From: a virus | Taxonomy: Duplodnaviria > Caudoviricetes | Direction: 5' to 3' (one strand) | DNA length: 49,354 nucleotides | Virus record (IMG/VR): IMGVR_UViG_3300048849_000167 | Coordinates: 1-49,354 of that record | Shown here: positions 9,467 through 18,066 of the stretch, piece by piece | Numbering within the stretch: the first letter of the stretch is position 1 | Layout: the number at the start of each line of letters is the position of its first letter | Position numbers and translations under genes: made by a program | The notes under the pieces: model-generated | Told to the model about the DNA's origin: nothing | Seen by the model: the letters and a program-made list of their open reading frames with translations, nothing else | The model's database searches: none

Positions 9467-11371
9467 ATGCTTATTTTCAAAGCAGGCTCCGCTACTGGCG
9501 AAGGGCTTGAATTCGTGCTGAGCGACGCCACGGTGGACCGCTACGGCGACATCGTGGATCCGTCCGGCTGGGACCTGAAAAACTTCAAGAAGAACCCGAT
9601 TGCCCTGTTTGGGCACAGCAGCAGCTTTCCGATCGGCACATGGACTGACTTGCGCGTTGAGGGCGGGAAGCTCATTGGCCGACTTAAGCTAGCGGCCCAA
9701 GGCACAAGCGCTCGTATCGACGAGCTCATCAGTCTTGTCGAGCAGGGCATCCTGCGGGCTGTGTCGGTCGGGTTTCGGCCACTTGAGGCGGATCCCATCG
9801 ATCCTAACAGGCCTTACGGACCTCAGCGCTACAAGAAACAAGAGCTTCTGGAAACGAGCCTCGTCTCTGTTCCGGCAAATCCAGCGGCAGTCGCTCTCGC
9901 GAAGTCGCTGCATCTTTCCAAAGAGACATTGGATCTGGCCTTCGGCGAGCATGCTGAAGAAAGGCGTAGGGACGTGTCTGCCACCGGCGAGAAAGCCGTC
10001 GCAACCGCAAAAGCCAGCGAAAGCGCGGCTAACCAAAACTCCCCCAAGGTGAAAACAATGAAAACACTCGCACAGCGCATCGAAGATGCAGAAGCCGATC
10101 GCGTCGCAAAAATGGATCGCCTCGCTGAACTCCACCAGGCCGACGATCTGGATCTTGATGCGATCGAAGGTCTCAACGGCGACATCGAAGTTGCTCAGCG
10201 CACCATCGCCGCCATGAAAGCTTCCGAATCGAAGATTGGCGTAGGCGCCACCAACCCGAACGCCAAGACCGCAGCTACCGCTCGCCGTCCGCTGAGCATT
10301 CCAGGCAAGGAAGTCGCAGGCTTCGACCTGCTGGTCAAGGCGATGACTGCTCGCGGCGTCTCCCATTTCGCAGGCAAGTCTCTCGAGCAAGTCTTGAGTG
10401 AGCGGTACAACGGCCAGGAGGCCGTCGCGATCGTTGCCAAGGCTGACCAGACGATCGGCACCACGACCGTTTCCGGTTGGGCGGCTGAACTGGTTCAGAC
10501 CGTCAACCAGGGCTTCATGGATGCCCTGACGCCCTATTCGATCTATCCGGCACTGCGCTCGCGCGGCATCGGCGTGAACTTCGATGGCATCGGCACCGTA
10601 TCTCTTCCAAGCCGGACAGCCGGCGGCGCTGGCGGCGGCTTCGTTGCCGAAGGCTCGCCTATCCGCGTCGGTCGCGTCACGACTGCCGCAACCACGATGA
10701 CCCCGAAGAAGCTAGGCGTCATCGTACCGTTCTCGCGTGAACTGGCCAAGCGCAGTACCCCAGCGATCGAGGCTCTCGTTCGCCAGGCGATCCTCGAAGA
10801 CACCGCAGTCATTCTCGACAGCGCCATCATCGATGCGGCCGCAGCCAGCACCGCTCGCCCTGCTGGCCTTCTGAATGGCGTGACCGCGGTCGCTAGCGGC
10901 TATGGCGGCGGCGACTATCAGGCCGTTATCGCCGACTTCGCGGCTCTGCTTTCACCGTTTTACACGGCCAACGCCGCTGACAACATCACCGTTCTGATGA
11001 ACCCGATCCAGGGTCTGAAGCTCGCGATGATGCCAGGTCCTGACGGCACCTTTGGCTGGTTCGAACGCCTCCGCGCACGTCTGAACATCGTGGAATCCAC
11101 GACTGTTCCGGCTGGCCGCCTTATCGCTCTTCGCAACTCTGACTTTGCGACTGCGCTGGGCGACGCTCCGGAGTTCGATGTTTCGGAGCAGGCCACCGTT
11201 CACATGGAAGACACAACTCCGCTGGAAATTGTGAGCGCCGCCGGCACTGTTGCCGACCCGATCCGCTCGTTCTTCCAGACCGCAACCATCGGCGTTCGCA
11301 TGCTGATGGATGTCTCCTGGAAGATGCGCCGCGCCGGAATGGTCCAGTGGGTCGACACGACGACCTGGTAA
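9467..11371 (+). CDS. fused HK97-type prohead protease / major capsid protein
   Basis: N-terminal DRYGD, LFGH, SVGF, ETSLVSVPANP protease motifs; C-terminal HK97 capsid (GFVAEG, PAGLLNG). Confidence 0.93.
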   Translation: MLIFKAGSATGEGLEFVLSDATVDRYGDIVDPSGWDLKNFKKNPIALFGHSSSFPIGTWTDLRVEGGKLIGRLKLAAQGTSARIDELISLVEQGILRAVSVGFRPLEADPIDPNRPYGPQRYKKQELLETSLVSVPANPAAVALAKSLHLSKETLDLAFGEHAEERRRDVSATGEKAVATAKASESAANQNSPKVKTMKTLAQRIEDAEADRVAKMDRLAELHQADDLDLDAIEGLNGDIEVAQRTIAAMKASESKIGVGATNPNAKTAATARRPLSIPGKEVAGFDLLVKAMTARGVSHFAGKSLEQVLSERYNGQEAVAIVAKADQTIGTTTVSGWAAELVQTVNQGFMDALTPYSIYPALRSRGIGVNFDGIGTVSLPSRTAGGAGGGFVAEGSPIRVGRVTTAATTMTPKKLGVIVPFSRELAKRSTPAIEALVRQAILEDTAVILDSAIIDAAAASTARPAGLLNGVTAVASGYGGGDYQAVIADFAALLSPFYTANAADNITVLMNPIQGLKLAMMPGPDGTFGWFERLRARLNIVESTTVPAGRLIALRNSDFATALGDAPEFDVSEQATVHMEDTTPLEIVSAAGTVADPIRSFFQTATIGVRMLMDVSWKMRRAGMVQWVDTTTW

Positions 11372-11386
11372 CCGGACAAAATCACA

Positions 11387-11416
11387 GCGCGGGGCCTTCG
11401 GGCCTCGCGTTCTCAT
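11387..11416 (+). terminator. stem-loop/terminator after capsid gene
   Basis: GCGCGGGGCC-TTCG-GGCCTCGCGT hairpin. Confidence 0.55.
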
Positions 11417-11449
11417 TTGTTTGTCCGGATATATCCGGGGGAGAAAAAC

Positions 11450-11830
11450 ATGACTATTCGCAAATTCGCGGTCACTGCTGTGACCGCCGCCGACGGCTCC
11501 GCCACCGCCTATATCGGCCCACTTTCTGGTTACCTTAACCAGATCGGCTACAAAAAAATCGATTTCGCTGATGGCGTCGACTTTACGGTCACTGTCGATG
11601 GCACCGGCCAGGGAGTTTGGTCTGAGAGCGACGTCAATGCCGCCGTGGTCAAGGCGCCGCGCATTGCCACGACGACCATCGCAGGCGTGGCGTCACTCTA
11701 TGCCGCTTCCGGCACTGCCGTAAACGATAAGATCGCAATCAGCCGAGATCGCATCAAGATCGTCATTGCCCAGGGTGGCAACGTGAAGTCCGGCGTATTC
11801 GAAGTTATCGTCGACGACGGCGTTCGCTGA
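11450..11830 (+). CDS. virion-associated hypothetical protein
   Basis: GGAG RBS, beta-rich, in head module. Confidence 0.7.
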   Translation: MTIRKFAVTAVTAADGSATAYIGPLSGYLNQIGYKKIDFADGVDFTVTVDGTGQGVWSESDVNAAVVKAPRIATTTIAGVASLYAASGTAVNDKIAISRDRIKIVIAQGGNVKSGVFEVIVDDGVR

Positions 11831-11887
11831 CGGCCTGGGGTGGGCTATTTTTTGCCCGCCCCAGCGCCATCCGGCAAGGAGATCTTG

Positions 11888-12136
11888 ATGCGAGATACTT
11901 GGTATGTACTTGAGGACGGAAGGGTCGCCGACCCGGCTGACGTTGTTGCTGACGAGAGCGGCAAGCTCTTTGGTGCGGACGGGGTCGCGGTAGCAATGCG
12001 TGGGGACACCTACAGCAGCCGCAGCGTCGAAGTCGACGAGGTGCAATCGCGCGTCGCCAAGAAGTCACGCGAGATGAAGCCAGAGGCGCCCAAGCGCACT
12101 TACAAAACTCGCGAGCTGGCTACTCGCTCTGAGTGA
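11888..12136 (+). CDS. phage hypothetical protein
   Basis: AAGGAG RBS; ends KRTYKTR. Confidence 0.65.
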   Translation: MRDTWYVLEDGRVADPADVVADESGKLFGADGVAVAMRGDTYSSRSVEVDEVQSRVAKKSREMKPEAPKRTYKTRELATRSE

Positions 12137-12161
12137 ATGCCCGCGCTGGTAAGGAATCGAT

Positions 12162-13523
12162 ATGGCCAATATGTTAACCCGCATCCTGCCTTCGTGGGTT
12201 AAGCGGTCCCAAGAGGGTGGATACAGGCCCGGTCCTTATCAGCTTTCCGACGGATGGTTGTCGGCCAGGGCAGGCCGCGCCTGGAACTTTTGGCAGATGG
12301 GGCACTCTGTCGAGCCCTACGGCGAGAACAGCGCGATGGTCGAGGCGTGCATTTCTGCATACTCGCAGACCGTCGCGATGTGTCCCGGCGATCATTGGCG
12401 CACCAATACAGACGGAGGTCGCGAGCGCATCACGACCTCTGCCCTTGCCCGCGTACTCCGGTCGCCGAATGACTATCAAACGATTTCAGACTTCCTCCTG
12501 AACCTCACCCGCACTCTGTATGAGAAGGGCGAGGCATTTGCTTACGCAGGCGCCCGCAATCAGAGGAATGAGATCTCTGAGCTACATCTAATACCGTATG
12601 GCCAAGCGATGGTAGCATCTGACGGCTCTATCTATTACGGACTTAGCGGCAACGAGATCGCCGAAGCGCGGTTTGATTTGTCCCTGCCCATTCCGGCAAG
12701 GGACGTCCTGCACGTCCGGCTGCATACGCCGAGACATCCTTTGAAGGGCGTCAGCCCAATCCTGTCCACCGTGCTCGAGCGCGCCATGTCAGGCGCCGCC
12801 CTCAGCCAGCAGGTGACTTTCTATCTGAACCAGGCTCGTCCTTCGTTCATGTTGGAAACTGATCAGCAGTTGACCGCTGAGCAGACTGAAGCCCTTCGCC
12901 TTCGATGGAATGAGCAGACAACCGGCGAAAATGCTGGCGGTACGCCTATCCTCGCTTGGGGAATGAAAGCCAAGCCGGTTTCAGTCTCGCCGGCCGACGC
13001 TCGGCTGGCCGACATGCTGAAGATTGGCAACGAGAGCATCGCCTTGGCGTTTCGAATGCCACTTGCTGTGCTTGGTATCGGGGCAACGCCGTTTGCATCA
13101 ACCGAGGCGCTGATGTCTTCTTGGAAGGCTTCAGGGCTAGGCTTCGCGCTAAACCACATCGAAGAGGCATTCGGGCGGCTGTTCAAGCTAGCCGGTCAGC
13201 CCGACGAGTATCTTGAATTTGACGCTGACGCACTCATGCGGTCCAACTTCAAAGAACTGATTGATGGACTAGCCGTCGGCACCATCAGCGGCGTGTACTC
13301 TCCGGACGAGGCACGGAATAAAATTGGTCTTCCAGTCGTCGCCAATGGCGCAGGCAAGGAGCCTCGCGTTCAGCAGCAGGTTGTCCCGCTGAGCTATGGC
13401 ATGGACATGAGACCCGCGCCGATCGTGGCTCCACAGCCTCCCGCACCCGCTAATGACAACGCAAAGACTATCGAATTCAACGGGGTGAGCCTTGACGCAA
13501 GATTTGACAAAGGCCTTCGGTGA
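12162..13523 (+). CDS. portal protein (HK97 family)
   Basis: PNDYQT, DVLHVR, GVSPI, IALAFRMP, SPDEARNKIGLP motifs. Confidence 0.93.
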   Translation: MANMLTRILPSWVKRSQEGGYRPGPYQLSDGWLSARAGRAWNFWQMGHSVEPYGENSAMVEACISAYSQTVAMCPGDHWRTNTDGGRERITTSALARVLRSPNDYQTISDFLLNLTRTLYEKGEAFAYAGARNQRNEISELHLIPYGQAMVASDGSIYYGLSGNEIAEARFDLSLPIPARDVLHVRLHTPRHPLKGVSPILSTVLERAMSGAALSQQVTFYLNQARPSFMLETDQQLTAEQTEALRLRWNEQTTGENAGGTPILAWGMKAKPVSVSPADARLADMLKIGNESIALAFRMPLAVLGIGATPFASTEALMSSWKASGLGFALNHIEEAFGRLFKLAGQPDEYLEFDADALMRSNFKELIDGLAVGTISGVYSPDEARNKIGLPVVANGAGKEPRVQQQVVPLSYGMDMRPAPIVAPQPPAPANDNAKTIEFNGVSLDARFDKGLR

Positions 13524-14526
13524 GCTGACTGACTGGGCCGCAGACAAGCTCAGCGCCGAGATCAAGTCTCTACGCCACAAAGCCGAGCAAGAGCGTCAGT
13601 TGCGCGATGCGCAGCTCTCAGAAGCGCTGTCCGGCCTTGAAGTGCAGAAGGGCCTTCTGGCAGAAGCTGTGGCTCGCCTCGATGAGCGCGTCGCCACGAT
13701 AAAGGATGGCATTGATGGTGTCGACGGGAAGGATGCCGTCGCTGCTACGGCAAATGAGGTCGCTGAACTTCTGAAACCGGAAGTTTTACGGACTGCGCAG
13801 GATATCATCGCGGCTTTCCCTGTTCCCAAGGACGGCTTAGACGCAATCGCTCCGACTGCTGCCGAGGTCGCCGAACTCCTCCTCCCAGAGGTGACGAAGC
13901 ACGCAGAGAGCGTTCTGCTGTTTTGGGAAAAGCCTCAGGACGGCAAAGATGCAGACATGGATGTGCTTAGGGCGCATCTCGACGAATTGGTGTCAGCGAT
14001 TCCAGTCCCGAAGGATGGGGAGCCTGGTATCGAAGGGCCTCCAGGCAAACTCCCCATGGTCTATGCATGGGAAGACAAGGTCTATTTCGAAGGTGAGGTC
14101 GTTACGAGGGACGGCAGCGTCTTCCAAGCGAACCGCGCTACGGGCAAACAGCCGGACCATGAGGATTGGAATTGTATTGTGAAGGGCGGAGCCAATGGCG
14201 ATCCGGGTAAATCCCCGGAGCCGAAGGGTCTGTTCGATTCCGAGACCGATTATTCTTTCCTGGATATCGTCATGCTGAATGGTGCATCCTTCATCGCCAA
14301 ATACGATGGCCCAGGCGCCTGTCCGGGCGAGGGGTGGAACCTCTTAGCGGGGCAAGGCAAGCAGGGTAGGCCTGGTCCACCGGGCCTCAAGGGTGAGCCT
14401 GGCCGAGCTTCCCTTTCAACGGTCAAGTCGATGGACATATCTGAGGATGGCTTGCTGGTCCTGGCTAATTCGGATGGGACGATCGTGGAATGCGACCTGT
14501 ACCCCGTACTATCGAAGGTGGTGTGA
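13492..14526 (+). CDS. head-associated protein with coiled coil, collagen-like GXY segments and CBM-like repeats
   Basis: GKDG/GEPG/GPPG triplets; WEDKVYFEGEVVTRDGS module; duplicated AxTAxEVAELLxPEV. Confidence 0.7.
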   Translation: MTQDLTKAFGELTDWAADKLSAEIKSLRHKAEQERQLRDAQLSEALSGLEVQKGLLAEAVARLDERVATIKDGIDGVDGKDAVAATANEVAELLKPEVLRTAQDIIAAFPVPKDGLDAIAPTAAEVAELLLPEVTKHAESVLLFWEKPQDGKDADMDVLRAHLDELVSAIPVPKDGEPGIEGPPGKLPMVYAWEDKVYFEGEVVTRDGSVFQANRATGKQPDHEDWNCIVKGGANGDPGKSPEPKGLFDSETDYSFLDIVMLNGASFIAKYDGPGACPGEGWNLLAGQGKQGRPGPPGLKGEPGRASLSTVKSMDISEDGLLVLANSDGTIVECDLYPVLSKVV

Positions 14527-15101
14527 TGGTACAGATTCCTGTGCTCGTGACTCCACCTGCCGTTAGCCCTGTGACTCTGGACGAGGCGAAACGGCATTGC
14601 CGCGTTCTCCATGACGACGACAACTCGTACATCGAAGCGCTGATAGCGGCCGCTACCAACCACTTTGACGGTTGGGATGGTGTTCTCGGCCGTTGCATCG
14701 TCGAACAGACTTGGCGGCAGGATTTCTGTCGCCTTGATTGCCTCCGCTTGGCAATCGGCCCAGTTCTGTCGATTAGTGCGGTCACCTTCTACGACAGCAA
14801 TAACGTATCCCAGACGCTTGACGAGAGCTCCTACGAGCTGCGGCGAGATTATCTTGGCAACTACGTCGCGTTGGCATCAGGGCAGTCTTGGCCCACGTCT
14901 TATCGGCGCGACGATTCCGTGAGCGTTTCCTTTGTCGCTGGTCAGCCGGTCGAAAAAGTCCCGGCATCGCTCAAGGCTGCAATCTTGCTGTTGATCGGAC
15001 ACCTGTACGAAAACCGCGAGGCCGCTGGACCAAGCGACATTGCCGAGCTTCCATTCAGCGTCTCCACGCTAATCTCAAAGTTCAGAAAAATGGTCGTTTA
15101 G
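14526..15101 (+). CDS. head-tail connector (gp6-like)
   Basis: PVTLDEAKRHCRV...LKAAILLLIGHLYENRE. Confidence 0.9.
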   Translation: MVQIPVLVTPPAVSPVTLDEAKRHCRVLHDDDNSYIEALIAAATNHFDGWDGVLGRCIVEQTWRQDFCRLDCLRLAIGPVLSISAVTFYDSNNVSQTLDESSYELRRDYLGNYVALASGQSWPTSYRRDDSVSVSFVAGQPVEKVPASLKAAILLLIGHLYENREAAGPSDIAELPFSVSTLISKFRKMVV

Positions 15102-15136
15102 CCTAAGCGCGCGACACTCAATTTCAGGAGCCACAC

Positions 15137-15562
15137 ATGGCCGACATTACCATTACCGCGGCGAACGTCGTTGCGGGCAGCGGTGCTGCAACAAAGACAG
15201 GGACGGCAGGCGCGACAATCGCAGCCGGCGACATCATCTATCTCGATACCGCAACCACCGGCAAGTGGATCCTCGCTGACAGCGACGCTGCGTTGGCAGA
15301 AGCGCGTGGTCAGACGGGCAATATCGGCATGGCGCTCAACGGCGCGGCTGTGAATCAACCTGTCGTGGCGCTCACTTCCGGCCCCGTCACGGTCGGCGCC
15401 GTCCTGACTGCCGGGACCGCATTTTACCTTTCGGATACGCCAGGCAAGCTTTGCCCTGTGGCCGACATCTCAGGCGGCGATTACTTTACGCTCGTCGGGC
15501 TCGCTGCTTCGACCAGCCTGCTTAACGTTGACTTCCAGTATTCTGGCGTAGCGAGCGCCTGA
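15137..15562 (+). CDS. virion structural protein (decoration-like)
   Basis: AGGAG RBS; AGATIAAGDIIY...YLSDTPG motif. Confidence 0.65.
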   Translation: MADITITAANVVAGSGAATKTGTAGATIAAGDIIYLDTATTGKWILADSDAALAEARGQTGNIGMALNGAAVNQPVVALTSGPVTVGAVLTAGTAFYLSDTPGKLCPVADISGGDYFTLVGLAASTSLLNVDFQYSGVASA

Positions 15563-15897
15563 TGGCTTCGGGGGCGCTGAAAGAACGCGTCTCCTTTGCT
15601 GTCCGCGGCGAGATGGATGACGGATATGGAAACACCGTCTCTGACTGGGTGGAGCAGTTTCAGGATGCGGCAGAATATGTGCACCTGCGAGGCGGCGAGA
15701 CCGTCATAGCGGCTCGGCTTGAAAATCGGCATCCGCAGGTTCTGCGGGTGCGGGCCTCCACCCGCACTCGGAATGTGACGTCCGATTGGAGAATTACAGA
15801 CTGCCGCAGCCGGGTCGAGTACGCCATCAAGGACGTGACGCACACCACGGACAACAAGTGGATCGACCTCTTGTGCGAGCGCGGGGTTGTAGCCTGA
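15562..15897 (+). CDS. head-tail adaptor / head closure protein
   Basis: GALKERV..DDGYGN..W..RGGE. Confidence 0.85.
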   Translation: MASGALKERVSFAVRGEMDDGYGNTVSDWVEQFQDAAEYVHLRGGETVIAARLENRHPQVLRVRASTRTRNVTSDWRITDCRSRVEYAIKDVTHTTDNKWIDLLCERGVVA

Positions 15898-16379
15898 TGG
15901 TGCAGGGCCTGGCGGACCTCAACAAAAAAGTCGCAGAGATTCCGAAGCGCATTGAAAAGGCTGCCCGTGTAGCCATGGAGAAGGGCGCACAAGAGCTTGT
16001 CGACATGATGAAGCGCCTTGTCCCTGTCGATACAGGGCAGTTGCGCGACAGCATTGGCTGGACGTGGGGCGACGCGCCAGCAGGCGCCGCTCTAATTGCT
16101 CAAAGTTCGCCCGATCCGCGTGGACTGAAAATCACCGTTTACGCCAAAGATTACGCCGCCGCATGGGTAGAGTTCGGCACTGCGCCTCACAACGTAGCGC
16201 TTGGCGGCGGCAATAAGAGCTTCAAGGGGTCAGCTAATATGCACCCCGGTAGTCGAGCTCAACCATTCTTCTTCCCTTCATACCGAGCGCTGCGAAAACG
16301 AATTCAGTCTCGTATCAAGCGGGACACGCGCAAGGCAATGAGGTTCCAAGGGCCGCCTATTGCGGAGGATGCTGACTGA
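15897..16379 (+). CDS. HK97 gp10-family neck protein
   Basis: PVDTGQLRDSI, VEFGT, AQPFFFP. Confidence 0.88.
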   Translation: MVQGLADLNKKVAEIPKRIEKAARVAMEKGAQELVDMMKRLVPVDTGQLRDSIGWTWGDAPAGAALIAQSSPDPRGLKITVYAKDYAAAWVEFGTAPHNVALGGGNKSFKGSANMHPGSRAQPFFFPSYRALRKRIQSRIKRDTRKAMRFQGPPIAEDAD

Positions 16380-16792
16380 TGTCTGGACCGCAGGCTGAGC
16401 TTCAAAAACTTCTATATGACACCCTGCGCGGCAGCGCGGCCATCATGGCAATAGCTGGTGGTGCCTACGACCGGGTGCCGACGGACCCCTACAAAGCCAA
16501 GACGGCATATATCAGCTTCGGCCCATCCGATGTCTCGGAAGACGGCGCCGATTGCATCGATAGCGGGTTGCATACCTTCCAGATTGACGTCTGGAGCAAG
16601 GCTGTTGGGCAAGTGGAGGCGAAGCAGCTTGTCGACCTGATCTACAAAGCTCTGCACCTCCAGGATCTGAAGATGACCGATAACGCCTTGGCCGAAATTA
16701 GGGTGGACTTCCGGCGGGTCTTCATGGACAGCGACGGCTTGACCTCGCATGGCGTGGTTAGCGTTTCCGCCTCGATCGAGGAGCCGGAATAG
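16379..16792 (+). CDS. tail terminator (DUF3168-like)
   Basis: YDRVP, YISFG, QIDVWS, HGVV. Confidence 0.85.
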   Translation: MSGPQAELQKLLYDTLRGSAAIMAIAGGAYDRVPTDPYKAKTAYISFGPSDVSEDGADCIDSGLHTFQIDVWSKAVGQVEAKQLVDLIYKALHLQDLKMTDNALAEIRVDFRRVFMDSDGLTSHGVVSVSASIEEPE

Positions 16793-16974
16793 TGGCGTGG
16801 ATGATCGTTCATCGTGAGGTGAGTTGGTCGAGACCCAAATGCAAATTCGGCTTCAGGGCCTTACCTAGCTCACAGCAGCAGCAATTCCCACGCGATTTCG
16901 TCGAGCATGCCGTCGTAACCGGACGCGCGACCAAAGTGCCGTCTCCACAACGGCCAAAGCCGCAGGGCGCCTAG
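16792..16974 (+). CDS. phage hypothetical protein
   Basis: 60-aa ORF coupled to upstream stop. Confidence 0.5.
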   Translation: MAWMIVHREVSWSRPKCKFGFRALPSSQQQQFPRDFVEHAVVTGRATKVPSPQRPKPQGA

Positions 16975-17047
16975 CCCGCGATCACCAAAAATCATCACCA
17001 CAATCGAGCTCGCCAACCAGCGGGCTCCTTTTCGTTTGGAGACCAGC

Positions 17048-17497
17048 ATGGCACGAGCCGGCACAGCTAATTTTCATCAGATGGTGCTCGAGGTCGAAGT
17101 GACCTCCGGCTCCGGCGTCTTTTCTCGCATCTGCGGCCTGACGTCGCGCGGCATCAATCGCCAGCACAATATGTCGACGTCGGAAGTTCCGGACTGCGAT
17201 GACGAGTCCCTGCCGGCTGCCGTTGAGCGTGCCGTTCAGTCTTCGGAGGCGACGATTTCCGCTTCTGGCATCTGGGCCTCACAGAGCCACGAGATGCTTC
17301 TCGACTGGTGGGAGTCCGGTGCCACCAAGAGCATCCGCATTCATCACGTTCGCGCAGCCGTCGGCGATACCGAATACGAGACGGGCAATGCTTACCTTGT
17401 TTCGATTCAGAACCAGGCCGAGCGCGGCACGAAGGTGACGGCCGAACTGTCGATCGAATTCGACGGCATCCCGACCCGCACTCCGAAGGCCGCGTAA
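17048..17497 (+). CDS. major tail (tube) protein
   Basis: ICGLTSRG...VPDCDD...ISASG; position in tail module. Confidence 0.85.
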   Translation: MARAGTANFHQMVLEVEVTSGSGVFSRICGLTSRGINRQHNMSTSEVPDCDDESLPAAVERAVQSSEATISASGIWASQSHEMLLDWWESGATKSIRIHHVRAAVGDTEYETGNAYLVSIQNQAERGTKVTAELSIEFDGIPTRTPKAA

Positions 17498-17845
17498 ATG
17501 CGCGTCGCAGAGGAGATTGTATGGCCAGGCGGAGAGCATCCTTTCCGCCTGGGGATCGGCGAGTTGCGCGCCATAGAGCAGCGCAGCGACGCCGGATGTG
17601 CTGTGGTCTTCGGGCGATTGCTTGGCATGCAGTGGAAGATCGACGACGTCATGAACCCAATCCGCCTGGGTCTAATCGGCGGCGGGATGCAAGAAAAGGA
17701 CGCACAGCGTCTGGTCGAAAAAGTTCTGGACACTGCGAGCCCCTGGGAGCTTGCGGTCACAGCCGCGACCATCATGAAGAAATTCATCATGTGGGAGAAT
17801 ACAGACCAGCCGGGGGAGGGCGTGGCGGAGGAAGCGACGGCCTAG
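17498..17845 (+). CDS. tail assembly chaperone (GTA gp10-like)
   Basis: FRLGIGELRAIE, IRLGLIGGGM; lies between tail tube and tape measure genes. Confidence 0.82.
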   Translation: MRVAEEIVWPGGEHPFRLGIGELRAIEQRSDAGCAVVFGRLLGMQWKIDDVMNPIRLGLIGGGMQEKDAQRLVEKVLDTASPWELAVTAATIMKKFIMWENTDQPGEGVAEEATA

Positions 17846-18063
17846 CTGATCAACCTCCGCTACCTAACGGCGCCACCCGATGGTCATCTTACTACGCTTC
17901 CGGCTGCGCCATGGGGTACTCGCCCCGCGATGTCGACGACATGACCCTTTGGGAATTTGCATGCTGCGCCGACGGCTTCAGGCAGGCGAATGAATCGCAG
18001 GAGTCGCTGCCACCACCAATGGACGATGACGAGCTCGCAGGGCTTGATATTGAAGGTTTCTGA
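17812..18063 (+). CDS. tail assembly chaperone C-terminal extension (-1 frame)
   Basis: open -1 frame after G GGG GAG; GYSPRDVDDMTLWEF typical of gpT-like segments. Confidence 0.7.
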   Translation, partial: GGGRGGGSDGLADQPPLPNGATRWSSYYASGCAMGYSPRDVDDMTLWEFACCADGFRQANESQESLPPPMDDDELAGLDIEGF

Positions 18064-18066
18064 TAT

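Noticed and set aside
17308-17811. 5' part of the 251-aa ORF
   Set aside because: Overlaps tail tube and chaperone genes; only the part after the slippery site looks coding.
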